Assembly: GCA_012519025.1 (NCBI GenBank)
Contig: JAAYQZ010000021.1
Location: 8,909 to 72,908 of the forward strand
DNA: 64,000 nt
From: Bacillota bacterium
Lineage (GTDB): Bacteria; Bacillota; Limnochordia; DTU087
Direction: 5' to 3'
Shown here: in pieces, positions 9,645 through 19,928 of the stretch
Layout of the letters: the number at the start of each line of letters is the position of its first letter
Position numbering within the stretch: position 1 is the stretch's first letter
Notes under the pieces: model-generated
What the model was told of the DNA's origin: nothing
Database searches by the model: none
What the model saw: only the letters and a program-made list of their open reading frames with translations
Position numbers and translations under genes: made by a program

Positions 9645-10391
9645 TTAGTTGGTAAACATCGAGATTGCCACACCCAGGAGCACACCTGCTACCGCTCCGA
9701 AAGTGCCGCTATGCCCCTTAGCTTGTCTTTGGGCCTCCGGGACCAACTCATCAAAGACAATGTAAAGCATGGCCCCGGCTGCAAAACCAAGGGAAATAGT
9801 CAAAGAGACCGGGGATACATTGCCAATCAGTGCACCCAACCAGGCTCCAATACCCATAGGTATGCCGGCCGCCGCGGTATAGCCTATCATTTTCATGGGA
9901 CTTAAGCCCGCCGCTGCCATAGGCCCCGCCATAGCCATACCTTCAGGGATATTCTGGACAAACATAGTAAAACCCAGCCACCAGCCGGTTAAATCGGAAA
10001 CTGCAAAGCCGGCCCCAACGGCCATACCCTCGGGTAAATTGTGCATGGCAATTCCCAGGCCCAACAGAATGCTCATCCGCATAAAATGATTGCTCTGCTC
10101 GCCACCCTGTACAGCATGGATGTGGGGCAGCATCATATCGAGCAAAACCAGAAGACCAACTCCTAGTGAAAGTCCCACGAAAGTATAAACAACACCCCCG
10201 ATTTCCACTGCCTCATCCAAAAGATCAACGAAAATAATCGCAAGCATTATGCCGCCGGAAAAACCCAAAACGAAACTCAATGAGCGCTGTTTGAGCTCAC
10301 CTAAAAGTGCAACCAAACAGCCCCCAAGGCCGGTTCCCAAAACACCCACTACAAGCCCCAACAACGTCACTTTCCAAAGCCCAAGGCCCAT
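9645..10391 (-). CDS. zupT: ZIP-family divalent metal (zinc) transporter
   Basis: 248 aa, 8 TM, signature HNLPEGMAVG / HNxPEG motifs of ZupT. Confidence 0.85.
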   Translation of the reverse strand: MGLGLWKVTLLGLVVGVLGTGLGGCLVALLGELKQRSLSFVLGFSGGIMLAIIFVDLLDEAVEIGGVVYTFVGLSLGVGLLVLLDMMLPHIHAVQGGEQSNHFMRMSILLGLGIAMHNLPEGMAVGAGFAVSDLTGWWLGFTMFVQNIPEGMAMAGPMAAAGLSPMKMIGYTAAAGIPMGIGAWLGALIGNVSPVSLTISLGFAAGAMLYIVFDELVPEAQRQAKGHSGTFGAVAGVLLGVAISMFTN

Positions 10392-10645
10392 CCGTTTTCC
10401 TCACTTTCTTCGATAAATACTGCACACGACATTTCCAATGATGTCCTTATAATAACATACACGGCCCCTATATGTTAAACCATTCTCCCTGCTAACACAA
10501 AATACAATCCCAATATGTAGAGGAATTCACAAGCAAATTGCGAATCTCTCTATCAGCTTGATTCAATATGATAACCAGCACTTATAAACAAACCATCGGA
10601 GGGAGGAATATACAGGTTCGGGTTAATGGGCCTGTATAGCACGGA

Positions 10646-11689
10646 ATGCCGGAAAAAACTACAGCAAAACCCCGAACAAGGGACTCTATACTTTCATACA
10701 TTGCTGATGTACTTAATGCTATGGCCTTAGGCCTGTTTGCCTCTTTGATTGTCGGTGTTATTTTAGAGCAGATAGGGACCTCCATCGGAATAGACTTGAT
10801 CGTCCGTTTTGGCCAATTTGCCAAACTGCTGATGGGCCCGGCCATTGGCGTGGCAGTAGCGGGGGGAATCGGAGCACCTCCCCTTGCATTATACGCCGCG
10901 GCGGTAGCCGGTGCCATTGGGGCCGGAACTATAACATTTGCCCCAGATCAGGCAGCAATGATTGGCATAGGTGAACCGGTAGGTGCCCTAATCGCCGCTT
11001 TAGCAGGAGCAGAAGTGGGAAAACGTATTGCCGGGAAAACCAAGGTAGACATAATCATCGTACCTACAGCAGTTATTTTAATCGGTGGTTTGGTAGGCGA
11101 AGTTGTAGGCCCAAGTGTGGCTCTACTAATGCGCACTTTAGGGGCGATCATCAATGAAGCAACATACCTCCATCCCATCCCCATGGGTATTGTGGTATCG
11201 GTTTTGATGGGCATGGTGTTAACAGCCCCCATCAGCAGTGCCGCTGTAGCCATCAGTTTGGGATTAAGCGGATTAGCCGCCGGCGCCGCCACTGTGGGGT
11301 GTTCGACACAGATGATTGGGTTTGCAGTTGCCAGCTACAAAGAAAACGGACCAGGCGGCTTCCTAGCCCAAGGTTTGGGAACTTCTATGCTGCAGGTACC
11401 CAATATTGTTCGGAACCCCAGGATCTGGATCCCACCTACTTTAGTAAGTGCACTGCTTGGCCCGTTGGCCACAAAAGTGTTTAAGATGACAAACATTCCG
11501 GCCGGGGCCGGCATGGGGACCAGCGGCTTGGTCGGGCAGATAGGCACTTTTAACGATATGGGTTTTAAAATCTGGCCCCAGGTTATCTTACTGCACTTCG
11601 TTTTGCCTGCATTTTTAACTTATGTCTGTGCCCAATTCTTGAGGCGCATTGGCTGGATCAAAGACGGAGATATGCGGTTGGACCTTTGA
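10646..11689 (+). CDS. Gly/Ala-rich polytopic membrane protein, possible PTS-EIIC-like or other transporter
   Basis: 347 aa, about 9 hydrophobic segments, no soluble domains. Family assignment is from memory only; start uncertain. Confidence 0.5.
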   Translation: MPEKTTAKPRTRDSILSYIADVLNAMALGLFASLIVGVILEQIGTSIGIDLIVRFGQFAKLLMGPAIGVAVAGGIGAPPLALYAAAVAGAIGAGTITFAPDQAAMIGIGEPVGALIAALAGAEVGKRIAGKTKVDIIIVPTAVILIGGLVGEVVGPSVALLMRTLGAIINEATYLHPIPMGIVVSVLMGMVLTAPISSAAVAISLGLSGLAAGAATVGCSTQMIGFAVASYKENGPGGFLAQGLGTSMLQVPNIVRNPRIWIPPTLVSALLGPLATKVFKMTNIPAGAGMGTSGLVGQIGTFNDMGFKIWPQVILLHFVLPAFLTYVCAQFLRRIGWIKDGDMRLDL

Positions 11690-11751
11690 GAACACACAAC
11701 TGCATGTTCTTGCGTATTAGTAGGACAGTTGGTGAAGTACGGAGGGCTAAC

Positions 11752-12363
11752 ATGAAACAAAGTCAACTTAAGTTTTTGTCTTTCACTTTAGCTTGCTTGT
11801 TATCGTTTGGGATCGGTTTCTCAACAGCCTATGCCGAGCCACCTGGTAATAGAGTGTTGAACATTGGAAATTGGGGGGAAGATGTTTTTTGGCTGCAGCG
11901 CAAACTGATGGATTTGGGCCTAATGGATATCGCCACCGGCCAATATGGTGAGCTTACCAGGGCAGCTGTAATGGAACTGCAAAAAGCCCACGGATTGAAA
12001 GTGGACGGTATTGCCGGACCGCAGACGCTTGGTGTTTTGGGAAAAGTTGAAAGCTTCACCTATTACACAGTTAAAGCAGGCGATTCTTTATATGTTATCG
12101 CGAAACGCCTGGACATCTCCATGGACGAACTCGTTCAGCTAAATAACCTAAGCTCAACTAATCTCACCATCGGACAAATACTCAAAGTTCCTCACCAACC
12201 GCAACCGTTAGTCTACAAAGTAGTACCGGGAGACAACTTATACAACATCGCAAAGGCATTCGGGGTCACAGTTAGTGAACTTGCAGTTTTAAACAATATC
12301 TCCGATAAGGCATTCATCAAGCCCGGTCAAGAACTAATTATTCCCGAACCAGAAGATAAATAG
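11752..12363 (+). CDS. secreted peptidoglycan-binding protein (PG_binding_1 domain plus two LysM domains)
   Basis: GGAGGG RBS before ATG at 11752; signal peptide (MKQSQLKFLSFTLACLLSFGIGFSTAYA); PG-binding repeat (LQKAHGLKVDGIAGPQTL); two LysM motifs (YTVKAGDSLYVIAKRLDIS..., YKVVPGDNLYNIAKAFGVT...). Confidence 0.8.
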   Translation: MKQSQLKFLSFTLACLLSFGIGFSTAYAEPPGNRVLNIGNWGEDVFWLQRKLMDLGLMDIATGQYGELTRAAVMELQKAHGLKVDGIAGPQTLGVLGKVESFTYYTVKAGDSLYVIAKRLDISMDELVQLNNLSSTNLTIGQILKVPHQPQPLVYKVVPGDNLYNIAKAFGVTVSELAVLNNISDKAFIKPGQELIIPEPEDK

Positions 12364-12455
12364 CATAAATATACAGCCTGCCCGATTCGGGCAGGCTGTA
12401 TATTAGGCCCAGTGAAACCTACTCCCGGATTCCGAGGTTTCTGGGTATGCCGACA

Positions 12456-13724
12456 TCACAACTTTCGTTCCAAAAAGTCCCACAAGTTTTCACCCATAAG
12501 TTTCTCCACATCTCTTCGGATCTCCATCTTGGTTAAAACCCATCCTGTATCCATAAGATCCGAATACTTATCAACTAGAGTTTCCGATATGAGCCTGCGG
12601 GAATGATCCCATTTGTATATTAGCTGATCTAAAATACGAGCATCAGAATGCTGCAAGATAGTGCTCGTCCCCAATAGCTCAAACCGCATTCTCGTGATCT
12701 CATCTATTAGACTGGGATTGTTTAAAAACCACCAACACCCAAAAGGCATTAGATTGCGGAATTTCCTGGCTAAAACAGCGAGTTCATGTTGGTTTTCTCT
12801 GGACAGCAGTGTGACCAAAAATTTGTTTTTGGGGAAATTGGCACAAAGGTACTCTATAGCCCCAATATCCATCTTTCCTACCCCATCTCCGGCATCTTGT
12901 AGTGCAGGGTTAATACGGCGCCTAACGCCTACCATGGGGGCAAAAGGCACATCGGTTTCCAAGCTGACCGGAAGTATACAGGCCTCGATCAATTTGCTGC
13001 GGGATGATGCTTCGGGAAATCTGAAATCATAGGGCAAAGATACAGCCATATAGACAGGATCCATGATTTCGATCCAATCTTTTAGAAAGCGCTGCACTTC
13101 CTTGATACTGATGTCATCGAGCTCAACCGTGACCTCGTAACCCCATTCTTTCAGCAGCTGCCATGTTGACTCCCAACTATTTAGTAAAATATCCAATCGC
13201 AGGGCGGCCCGGAAACTTGGGTCAGGTACAATTTTACCCGGCACAACTTGCTCAAGCCATACTTTGCGCTCTTGATCATCAAAGGGATCATTAGTCATGA
13301 CAACACACTTCAAATTGGCAATGTCAAATACATGTTTTACGTATTCATCCAGCTCTTGGGTGGCAAAAAACTTCCGATATCCTTCAAAATCCCGGGCAGC
13401 GACATCCAATCCGAGCCTTTTTAGGGTAGTCAAAACCCCTCGACAGGCCTCACTGTAGGGACTGTTTTGCAGAAAAAGCGTTTCCCAAATGAGCTTTGCC
13501 TGTTCTGTCTTGGACAACTGCCAGTATTTTTCATATGGCAGTTCTACAACCCGCATTGTCTCAGCAATAAGGTAATGGTAGGTAACTAACTCTTCAAATC
13601 CCCAAAGCAATAGATCCCCGAACTGCGGATCATAGAGGTGTGTATGTACATCCGTTATTTGAGTATCTTGGACAATTTCATTAACAACAGCAGCAAGGTT
13701 GTCGATTTTAACTTGTTCTCCCAC
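12456..13724 (-). CDS. glucuronate-isomerase-like amidohydrolase (UxaC-related)
   Basis: 422 aa; N-terminal DVHTHL metal-binding motif and a C-terminal PFGCWWFLN...SDARIL region resembling UxaC's GSGWWFND...TDSRSFL. Confidence 0.6.
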   Translation of the reverse strand: MGEQVKIDNLAAVVNEIVQDTQITDVHTHLYDPQFGDLLLWGFEELVTYHYLIAETMRVVELPYEKYWQLSKTEQAKLIWETLFLQNSPYSEACRGVLTTLKRLGLDVAARDFEGYRKFFATQELDEYVKHVFDIANLKCVVMTNDPFDDQERKVWLEQVVPGKIVPDPSFRAALRLDILLNSWESTWQLLKEWGYEVTVELDDISIKEVQRFLKDWIEIMDPVYMAVSLPYDFRFPEASSRSKLIEACILPVSLETDVPFAPMVGVRRRINPALQDAGDGVGKMDIGAIEYLCANFPKNKFLVTLLSRENQHELAVLARKFRNLMPFGCWWFLNNPSLIDEITRMRFELLGTSTILQHSDARILDQLIYKWDHSRRLISETLVDKYSDLMDTGWVLTKMEIRRDVEKLMGENLWDFLERKL

Positions 13725-13916
13725 CTAGATTCCCCTTCCTATATGCGGCTTTTATGTCTTTCTTCGTCTCGGCGGTCGGTTTCCCTCCCAACCCCACCGC
13801 CCAAGACCTTCCCAGACCCTTTGGTTATGATCGCATACTGTGAAATTCGCCCGGCATAACCGGGGCTGAATCAGCCCATACTAAGTAGTACGGAAACTAT
13901 CAGGGAGGGAACCGAA

Positions 13917-14052
13917 ATGGCGATATCGGCACTGGATCACAAGCTTAGGGAACTGATTTTGTTATATATCAACGGAAGCCTTGAAGAGAAAAAGTTTGTG
14001 ACAGCCTACCGGCGTCTCATTCGCTTACAAGCACTTTTCCGATGCCAGTAAG
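13917..14052 (+). CDS. small hypothetical protein (44 aa, MAISALDHKLRELILLYINGSLEEKKFVTAYRRLIRLQALFRCQ)
   Basis: Not in the supplied track (<60 aa). Strong GGGAGGG Shine-Dalgarno 7 nt upstream of the ATG; a perfect 7-1-7 palindrome GGGCTGAaTCAGCCC lies 40 bp upstream. Confidence 0.3.
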
Positions 14053-14207
14053 GCAGCAAATAAAAAGCACACTCTCGCTAATCTTACTCAGTCTGGGCAG
14101 GACTACATCAACAGGTAACCGAAGACTCCTTGAAACACTTAAGTAAAGATTGCAGGGTTTATGGGCTCAGTAGTTGGTATGCCCACAACCTAAAGGAGGC
14201 AAATTCG

Positions 14208-15047
14208 GTGAGAGTTGACTATCATATGCACTTGGAAAACGGGCCGCTGACTTTGGAATATTTGGAGCAATTTTGGAGCCACGCCAAGAAAAATGACATA
14301 GATGAGATCGGTATAAGTGAACATGGCTATTATTTTCAGCAGTACGAAAATATCATGGAGCATTTCGTCAAGTTAATGGACCACGATCCGGTGATTGCAG
14401 CCTGGCTTAAGGACGCCTTTTTGCTGGATCTTGAGGATTACGTGGATTTAGTTGAGGAGGGCAAAAACCGGGGGTGGCCCCTAAAGCTGGGCCTGGAAAT
14501 GGATTATATCCCCGGTAAAGAAGAAGAAATAGCTGCCTTAATTGAAGCATATCCCTGGGATTACGTGCTGGGATCTGTTCATGTCTTAGGTGACTGGTGC
14601 ATAGACTACTCACCAGATGCAGGGTGGCCCGAAAAAGATATCAACTCAGCCTATGCTGCTTATTTTACGGCCTTGGTGGATGCCGCAAACAGCGGTCTTT
14701 TCGACTCTATTACCCATCCGGATCTGATTAAGATCTTCGGACACAGGCCTTCCATGTCTCTTCAGCCTTTTTATGAAGAAGCAGCAACCGCATTAAGCAG
14801 GAGCCATACCTGTGTTGAAATAAACGCGGCCGGGTTGCACAAACCGGTTGGTGTCATCTACCCTCATCCCAAGCTCCTAGAGGAATGCCTAAAGCAGCAA
14901 GTACCCATAACCTTAGCATGTGATGCGCATTGGCCGGAGCATGTCGGCAGAGGCTTGGATGAAGCAATAGACTTGGCCAAATCTATCGGATATACGCAAG
15001 TAGCAACTTTTACCCGCCGAAAGATAGAGTTGAAACCCCTTGGTTAA
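14208..15047 (+). CDS. PHP-family phosphoesterase (histidinol-phosphatase HisJ/HisK-like)
   Basis: AAGGAGG RBS then GTG at 14208; VDYHMHLE N-terminal PHP metal motif, GISEHG, later HPD motifs. The track ORF starts at 14130 but the RBS supports 14208. Confidence 0.75.
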   Translation: MRVDYHMHLENGPLTLEYLEQFWSHAKKNDIDEIGISEHGYYFQQYENIMEHFVKLMDHDPVIAAWLKDAFLLDLEDYVDLVEEGKNRGWPLKLGLEMDYIPGKEEEIAALIEAYPWDYVLGSVHVLGDWCIDYSPDAGWPEKDINSAYAAYFTALVDAANSGLFDSITHPDLIKIFGHRPSMSLQPFYEEAATALSRSHTCVEINAAGLHKPVGVIYPHPKLLEECLKQQVPITLACDAHWPEHVGRGLDEAIDLAKSIGYTQVATFTRRKIELKPLG

Positions 15048-15146
15048 CTCTTAAGCCTTGTTTGCCACAATGCAGGAATAATATACCCTTTGCAGAACAT
15101 TCTATGAGGATGCGGATTCAAAATATTCGGGAGGGAGACTTCTATC

Positions 15147-16139
15147 ATGATGCGAATCGCAATGTTAAGCGGATGGCATGTTCACGCCCACGGATATGCC
15201 CGGGAAATTCAATCCCGCCAAGATGCACGGATCACGGCTGTTTGGGATGAGGACCCCGAGAGAGGCCGCAATTGGGCTGCCGAATTGGGGGTGCCCTTCG
15301 ATGAGAGTCTTGATGCAGTGTTGGGCCGAGGTGATGTAGATGGTGTAGTAATTAACACACCTACAAACCGCCATACGGAAGTTATCGTCGCCGCAGCTAA
15401 AGCCGGCAAACATATTTTTACTGAGAAAGTCATGGCACTCACTGTTAAGGAATGTATTGAAATTGAGGAGGCGGTTCGGGAAGCCGGAGTCAAGTTTTGC
15501 ATCTCTTTCCCTCAGCGCACCTGGCCTATTAATCTATTAGCCAAACAGGTCGTCGAAGAAGGATTACTGGGTGATGTAACTTTGATGCGTGTGCGCAACG
15601 CTCACAATGGGGCAAGTGCGGGTTGGCTGCCGCCACATTTTTACGATCCGGTTGCCTGTGGCGGTGGAGCCATGATGGATCTGGGTGCACATCCTATGTA
15701 CCTAATTCGATGGATTATGGGAAAACCAAAGCGGATCACGGCTATGTTTACTCACTACACTGACCACGAGGTTGAAGACAACGCTGTCGCTATGATCGAG
15801 TTTGACAACAACAGCATTGCCGTGTCTGAGACCGGGTTCGTGTCCCAAGGCAGCCCTTTTACTCTAGAACTGCACGGGACTCAAGGGGTCTACATAGTCG
15901 GCGGGCCGGAACGCCAAGTACGCCTGCATTCAACAAAACTCAACGATGGAAACGGATGGATCATACCGACTAGAATGCCTGCCGCCTTACCATCGCCAAT
16001 GGATCAATGGATTCGCGGCGTTTTAGAGGATGCCCCTATTCATTTTGGGCTTGAGGAAGGCACACAGTTAACTGAACTGATGGAAGGTGCCATGCGCTCA
16101 TATAAACAGGGATGTCAAATAGAATTTCCCCTTGACTAA
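15147..16139 (+). CDS. Gfo/Idh/MocA-family NAD(P)-dependent oxidoreductase
   Basis: 330 aa; N-terminal Rossmann fold (MMRIAMLSGWHVHAHGYA), EKVMALT motif typical of the family. Confidence 0.85.
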   Translation: MMRIAMLSGWHVHAHGYAREIQSRQDARITAVWDEDPERGRNWAAELGVPFDESLDAVLGRGDVDGVVINTPTNRHTEVIVAAAKAGKHIFTEKVMALTVKECIEIEEAVREAGVKFCISFPQRTWPINLLAKQVVEEGLLGDVTLMRVRNAHNGASAGWLPPHFYDPVACGGGAMMDLGAHPMYLIRWIMGKPKRITAMFTHYTDHEVEDNAVAMIEFDNNSIAVSETGFVSQGSPFTLELHGTQGVYIVGGPERQVRLHSTKLNDGNGWIIPTRMPAALPSPMDQWIRGVLEDAPIHFGLEEGTQLTELMEGAMRSYKQGCQIEFPLD

Positions 16140-16178
16140 TTGCCGGACGACATTAATCTTTTTAGATTACACCAAAGA

Positions 16179-16213
16179 CCCGGCCGATTTGAATAATCGG
16201 CCGGGTTTTGCTA
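16179..16213 (+). terminator. Rho-independent terminator after the oxidoreductase gene (possibly bidirectional with the convergent ABC operon)
   Basis: GACCCGGCCGATTtgaatAATCGGCCGGGTTTTGC: 11-bp GC-rich stem followed by a T-run. Confidence 0.7.
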
Positions 16214-16246
16214 AGAGAAACATTTTACCAAGTGTGGTTCATATTT

Positions 16247-17062
16247 TTAGATATCCCACTTACGACGCAATCTGGGGACATCATCCAACAGCCTTTTCGT
16301 ATACGGATGGGTGGGATGTTCCACCACTTGTTCCGCTGTACCTTCCTCCACGATCTTACCTTCATTCATAATCAGCAGGCGTTCACTGGTGTAGTAAGCG
16401 AGCCCAATGTCATGGGTGATAAACATAATAGACATGCCGTGCTGTCGGCTTAAGTCCATGAGCATGTTTAAGATTCCCACCCTTGACGACGCATCAATCA
16501 TTGAAGTAGGTTCATCAGCGATTAGAAGGTCGGGGCCAATCAGCAAGGCCCTTGCCAGCATTAGTCTCTGCCGCTGGCCGCCGCTGAGTTCATGGGGTCG
16601 CTTAAAAAGCAGTTCTTCCGCATTAAGGCCCACTTTTTCCATAGCCTCTTCCATACGAGCACGCTTATCTGCCGCAGAGTTATGGTTGTTTGTCAATCTA
16701 AAAGCTTTGCCTAAAAAGCTGTGTACTGAATAGAAACTGTTGAAACTAGAGAACGGATCTTGAAAAATCGCCTGCACCCGTTTCCAATAGTCCACGCTTT
16801 TAACTGCATTTACATCTTGTCCCTCGAAAAAAATCTCACCCTGAGTGGGAGCGCTTAAGCGCAAAAGCATCCGGGCGGTAGTAGTCTTACCGCTGCCGCT
16901 TTCACCCAACAAAGATAGTATTTCGCCGGGCTGAATTTCAAAGGAAATCTCATCTACTGCTACAACTTGATCCTTCCCACTGCCAAAGATCTTGGTCAAA
17001 TTAGAAACTTCGAGAAGGGGACTGGAGCTTTGTTTTGGTTCTACTGCATTAGCCAGCACCAT
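16247..17062 (-). CDS. peptide/nickel ABC transporter ATP-binding protein (OppF/DppF-like)
   Basis: Walker A GESGSGKTT, ABC signature LSGGQRQR, Walker B LLIADEPTS, C-terminal oligopeptide-ABC extension. Confidence 0.9.
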   Translation of the reverse strand: MVLANAVEPKQSSSPLLEVSNLTKIFGSGKDQVVAVDEISFEIQPGEILSLLGESGSGKTTTARMLLRLSAPTQGEIFFEGQDVNAVKSVDYWKRVQAIFQDPFSSFNSFYSVHSFLGKAFRLTNNHNSAADKRARMEEAMEKVGLNAEELLFKRPHELSGGQRQRLMLARALLIGPDLLIADEPTSMIDASSRVGILNMLMDLSRQHGMSIMFITHDIGLAYYTSERLLIMNEGKIVEEGTAEQVVEHPTHPYTKRLLDDVPRLRRKWDI

Positions 17063-18012
17063 ACTGTTCTGTCACCTACTTCCTTTGCCGGAGGCTCTTC
17101 TGTTGAGCACACAGGCAGCCGTTTGGGACACCTGGGATGAAAACGACAGCCCTTTGGTGGGGCCTTTAGATCAGGCGGTACCCCGGCAATAGATTGGATG
17201 CGTTGTTCCCTGACGTGTCTTTCCGGAACAAGCATAGTACTCATTAGGGCTTCAGTATACGGATGGAGTGGTTCGAAAATTATTTCTTCCATGGTCCCCA
17301 ACTCCACCAATTTGCCCGCATACATAATCGCTATTCTGGTCGCTATTTGCCGCAAAAGCGGCAGCTCATGGGTGATAAAGGCTATGCTTGTTATGATCTC
17401 ATCCTTAAGCAGTGCCAAAAGCAGCGATATTACGGATTTTTGAGAGCTTACATCCAGAGCCGAAGTGGGTTCATCAGCTATTAAAATCTTCGGATCCAAC
17501 AATGTGGACAACACTATGGTAGTCCGCTGTTTCATGCCCCCACTCAATTCATGGGGATAATTGTTAAGCACTCGCCTGGGAAGTCCAAGCTCGTCAATGC
17601 GGGCCGCAGCTAAGTCAATAGCCTCATCTTTTTTCATCTCAGGGAAATGTTCTCTGAGCATATCGATGGCAAAATTGCGCACCCGTTGTGTCGGATTGAG
17701 GGCGTTCATCGCCCCTTGAGGCACGATGGATATATAACGACCTTTGATTTTCTGCCTTACCTGCTCTGTCGGCATAGTTAACAAGTTTGAGCCGTTAGCT
17801 GTTACATCGCCGTCAATAACCCTTAAAGGCGGATTATGAGTAAGGCTCATCACTGATGCCAGTGTTGATTTGCCACACCCGGATTCACCGGCTATGCCAA
17901 GCACTTCGTTGGGCCGCAAATCAAGGGTAACGCCATCTACAGCTCTAATGTCCGTACCGTCAACTAAACGATAATATGCTTTTAGATCTTGGGTTTTCAG
18001 TAAATTTTTCAT
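17041..18012 (-). CDS. peptide/nickel ABC transporter ATP-binding protein (OppD/DppD-like)
   Basis: Walker A GESGCGKST, signature LSGGMKQR, Walker B ILIADEPTS, C-terminal CxxC-containing Opp extension. Confidence 0.9.
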   Translation of the reverse strand: MKNLLKTQDLKAYYRLVDGTDIRAVDGVTLDLRPNEVLGIAGESGCGKSTLASVMSLTHNPPLRVIDGDVTANGSNLLTMPTEQVRQKIKGRYISIVPQGAMNALNPTQRVRNFAIDMLREHFPEMKKDEAIDLAAARIDELGLPRRVLNNYPHELSGGMKQRTTIVLSTLLDPKILIADEPTSALDVSSQKSVISLLLALLKDEIITSIAFITHELPLLRQIATRIAIMYAGKLVELGTMEEIIFEPLHPYTEALMSTMLVPERHVREQRIQSIAGVPPDLKAPPKGCRFHPRCPKRLPVCSTEEPPAKEVGDRTVWCWLMQ

Positions 18013-18851
18013 CAGCTTTTCCTCAACCTCGGGTTGAATACTTCATCCATACCTGCGTTAATCAACATAAGAGAAAACGATGTAACTGCCAAGAACAATA
18101 CCGGCGGAATAAATGCCCACCACGCTCCTGTTCTTACTGACTCCCAAAGCAGTGCCCAGTGGAGCATGACTCCCAAAGATACTGTTTGGTATGGGCCAAG
18201 TCCCAGCATACTTAAGGTTGCTTCATTCGTGATGCCGCCGGAAAACTGCAAAATGAATGCCATGAAAATATAAGAAAACATATATGGCATAATCTCTTTG
18301 ACAATCAGCTCAACTGTGGAGTATCCGGAAATCCTCGCTAGATCTACGTGTTCCCGGGTCTTTAGACTCGAGGTTTGGGCACGTACAGCCCTAGCAGTCC
18401 ACGGCCATGCAGTGACACCGATGATAACACCCATGGTAGTTGCCGAGCGTCCCTTCACTGCCACAGACAATAAAATCAAGACCACAATAGAGGGTATGGT
18501 GATCAGGATATTTGTGACCCCCATTAAAAGCTCGTCAATTACTCCACCCTTAAAGCCTGCCAATGTGCCAATTGCGACTCCTATAACAGTGGCCACAATA
18601 CCGGCAACAAAACCGATTAACAAAGATGTGCCGGTTCCATACATCAGTTGAGTAAAAACATCCCGTCCTAAGTTATCAGTTCCAAGCATAGAACCTTCTG
18701 AGGGCGGATCGAACAATCCACCGGCCATTAGGAAGGGATCTTTGCTAGTCACCCTGGGTCCGATGACACCAAAGGCCAAAACTAACGTAAACAGCGCCGC
18801 ACCGATGATGAATCGCCTAGAGCGAAATAGTAAGGTGATTACTTCTCCCAT
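18012..18851 (-). CDS. ABC transporter permease (OppC/DppC-like)
   Basis: 279 aa, 6 TM, BPD_transp_1-type permease; start/stop overlap with flanking genes indicates an operon. Confidence 0.85.
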   Translation of the reverse strand: MGEVITLLFRSRRFIIGAALFTLVLAFGVIGPRVTSKDPFLMAGGLFDPPSEGSMLGTDNLGRDVFTQLMYGTGTSLLIGFVAGIVATVIGVAIGTLAGFKGGVIDELLMGVTNILITIPSIVVLILLSVAVKGRSATTMGVIIGVTAWPWTARAVRAQTSSLKTREHVDLARISGYSTVELIVKEIMPYMFSYIFMAFILQFSGGITNEATLSMLGLGPYQTVSLGVMLHWALLWESVRTGAWWAFIPPVLFLAVTSFSLMLINAGMDEVFNPRLRKS

Positions 18852-19867
18852 TATCTCTCTCCTAGCTGTGCGGCTCGAATTCTTGGATCGATAAATCCGT
18901 AAGCTATATCCACAAGGAAATTAGCTAACAGAACCGCAACGGTTATGATCAACGTACAACCTTGAATCAAAGGGTAATCTGTCTGCCGGATGGCTGTAAA
19001 CAACAAGCTGCCGATACCGGGATAGGAAAACACTGATTCAGTTACCAGTGCCCCTCCCATCATCATGCCGAAAGAGATGGCCAAACCAGTGATCTGGGGC
19101 AGCATAGCGTTGCGAAAAACGTACCTAACTACTTTTTGATCCCTAAGGCCCAAGGCTTTTGAATACTGGACATAGTCGGTGGTCAGTTCGTACAAAGCCA
19201 TTTCTCGCATGCCAATGGCCTGGCCACCGATAGCCACCACAATCATGGACAAAAACGGCAGTGTGTAGTGGTATAAGGCATCCCCCAAAAACGACCAGCT
19301 CAGATCCGGGAAGCTACCAAAACTGTATCCACCCCCAACGGGAAAAATCGGATTGTGTACAGCCAAGCCATACAGCAATATGATTGCAAGACAATAGTAA
19401 GGAACGTTGGAAATAGCTAGTGCTGAAGTAAATACTACAGCATCAAAGCGCCCGCCTTTATAGGCACATACCGCTCCAATAACATTGCCGACAATCCAAC
19501 CGATCAAGATTGTGGGCACCTGCAATGCAACAGTCCACGGTAAAGCTTCCTTGATTAGATCGGCGACTTTACCCGGATAGAGCATAAAGGACGTCCCTAA
19601 ATCCCCTTTGAACAACCCAGTAAAATACCTAAAAAATTGGATATATACAGGTTGATCAAGACCGAACTCTCTCATATAGTTGTCGTAAATGCGGGCCAAG
19701 GCGTCACTTTGCACACCGCCTTCTGCCAATTGGCTGATTAACACCCTTACCGGATTACCGGGGATCAAGCGTGGCAGAAAGAAGTTCAAACTGACGGCGA
19801 TCATAAAAGCCAACAGATACCAGCCTAATTTTTGCATTAAATACCGCGTAAATTTAGATGTTAGCAT
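18851..19867 (-). CDS. ABC transporter permease (OppB/DppB-like)
   Basis: 338 aa, N-terminal MLTSKFTRYLMQKLGWYL typical of OppB/DppB permeases. Confidence 0.85.
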   Translation of the reverse strand: MLTSKFTRYLMQKLGWYLLAFMIAVSLNFFLPRLIPGNPVRVLISQLAEGGVQSDALARIYDNYMREFGLDQPVYIQFFRYFTGLFKGDLGTSFMLYPGKVADLIKEALPWTVALQVPTILIGWIVGNVIGAVCAYKGGRFDAVVFTSALAISNVPYYCLAIILLYGLAVHNPIFPVGGGYSFGSFPDLSWSFLGDALYHYTLPFLSMIVVAIGGQAIGMREMALYELTTDYVQYSKALGLRDQKVVRYVFRNAMLPQITGLAISFGMMMGGALVTESVFSYPGIGSLLFTAIRQTDYPLIQGCTLIITVAVLLANFLVDIAYGFIDPRIRAAQLGER

Positions 19868-19928
19868 AGTATTCGCAGGGTTCCGGGGGGCATAGCCCCC
19901 CGGAGCTTACCCTCAACTCCTATCCATA

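Noticed and set aside
10392-10645. Zur box or riboswitch in the divergent zupT / membrane-protein intergenic region
   Set aside because: No match to the Firmicute Zur consensus (AAATCGTAATnATTACGATTT) and no recognisable riboswitch core. Only an unremarkable short hairpin (TACAGG...CCTGTA) was seen.
10582-11292. Minus-strand ORFs (10582..10917, 10948..11292) overlapping the Gly/Ala-rich membrane protein gene
   Set aside because: Reverse frames of a GC-rich Gly/Ala-coding region produce Pro/Ala-rich products. The + strand gene has coherent TM periodicity, so the minus ORFs are artefacts.
15062-15250. 62-aa ORF (MPQCRNNIPF...) overlapping the start of the Gfo/Idh/MocA gene
   Set aside because: It has no RBS and overlaps a well-supported gene in another frame. 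It is Cys/Arg-rich and typical of spurious ORFs in GC-rich leader regions.
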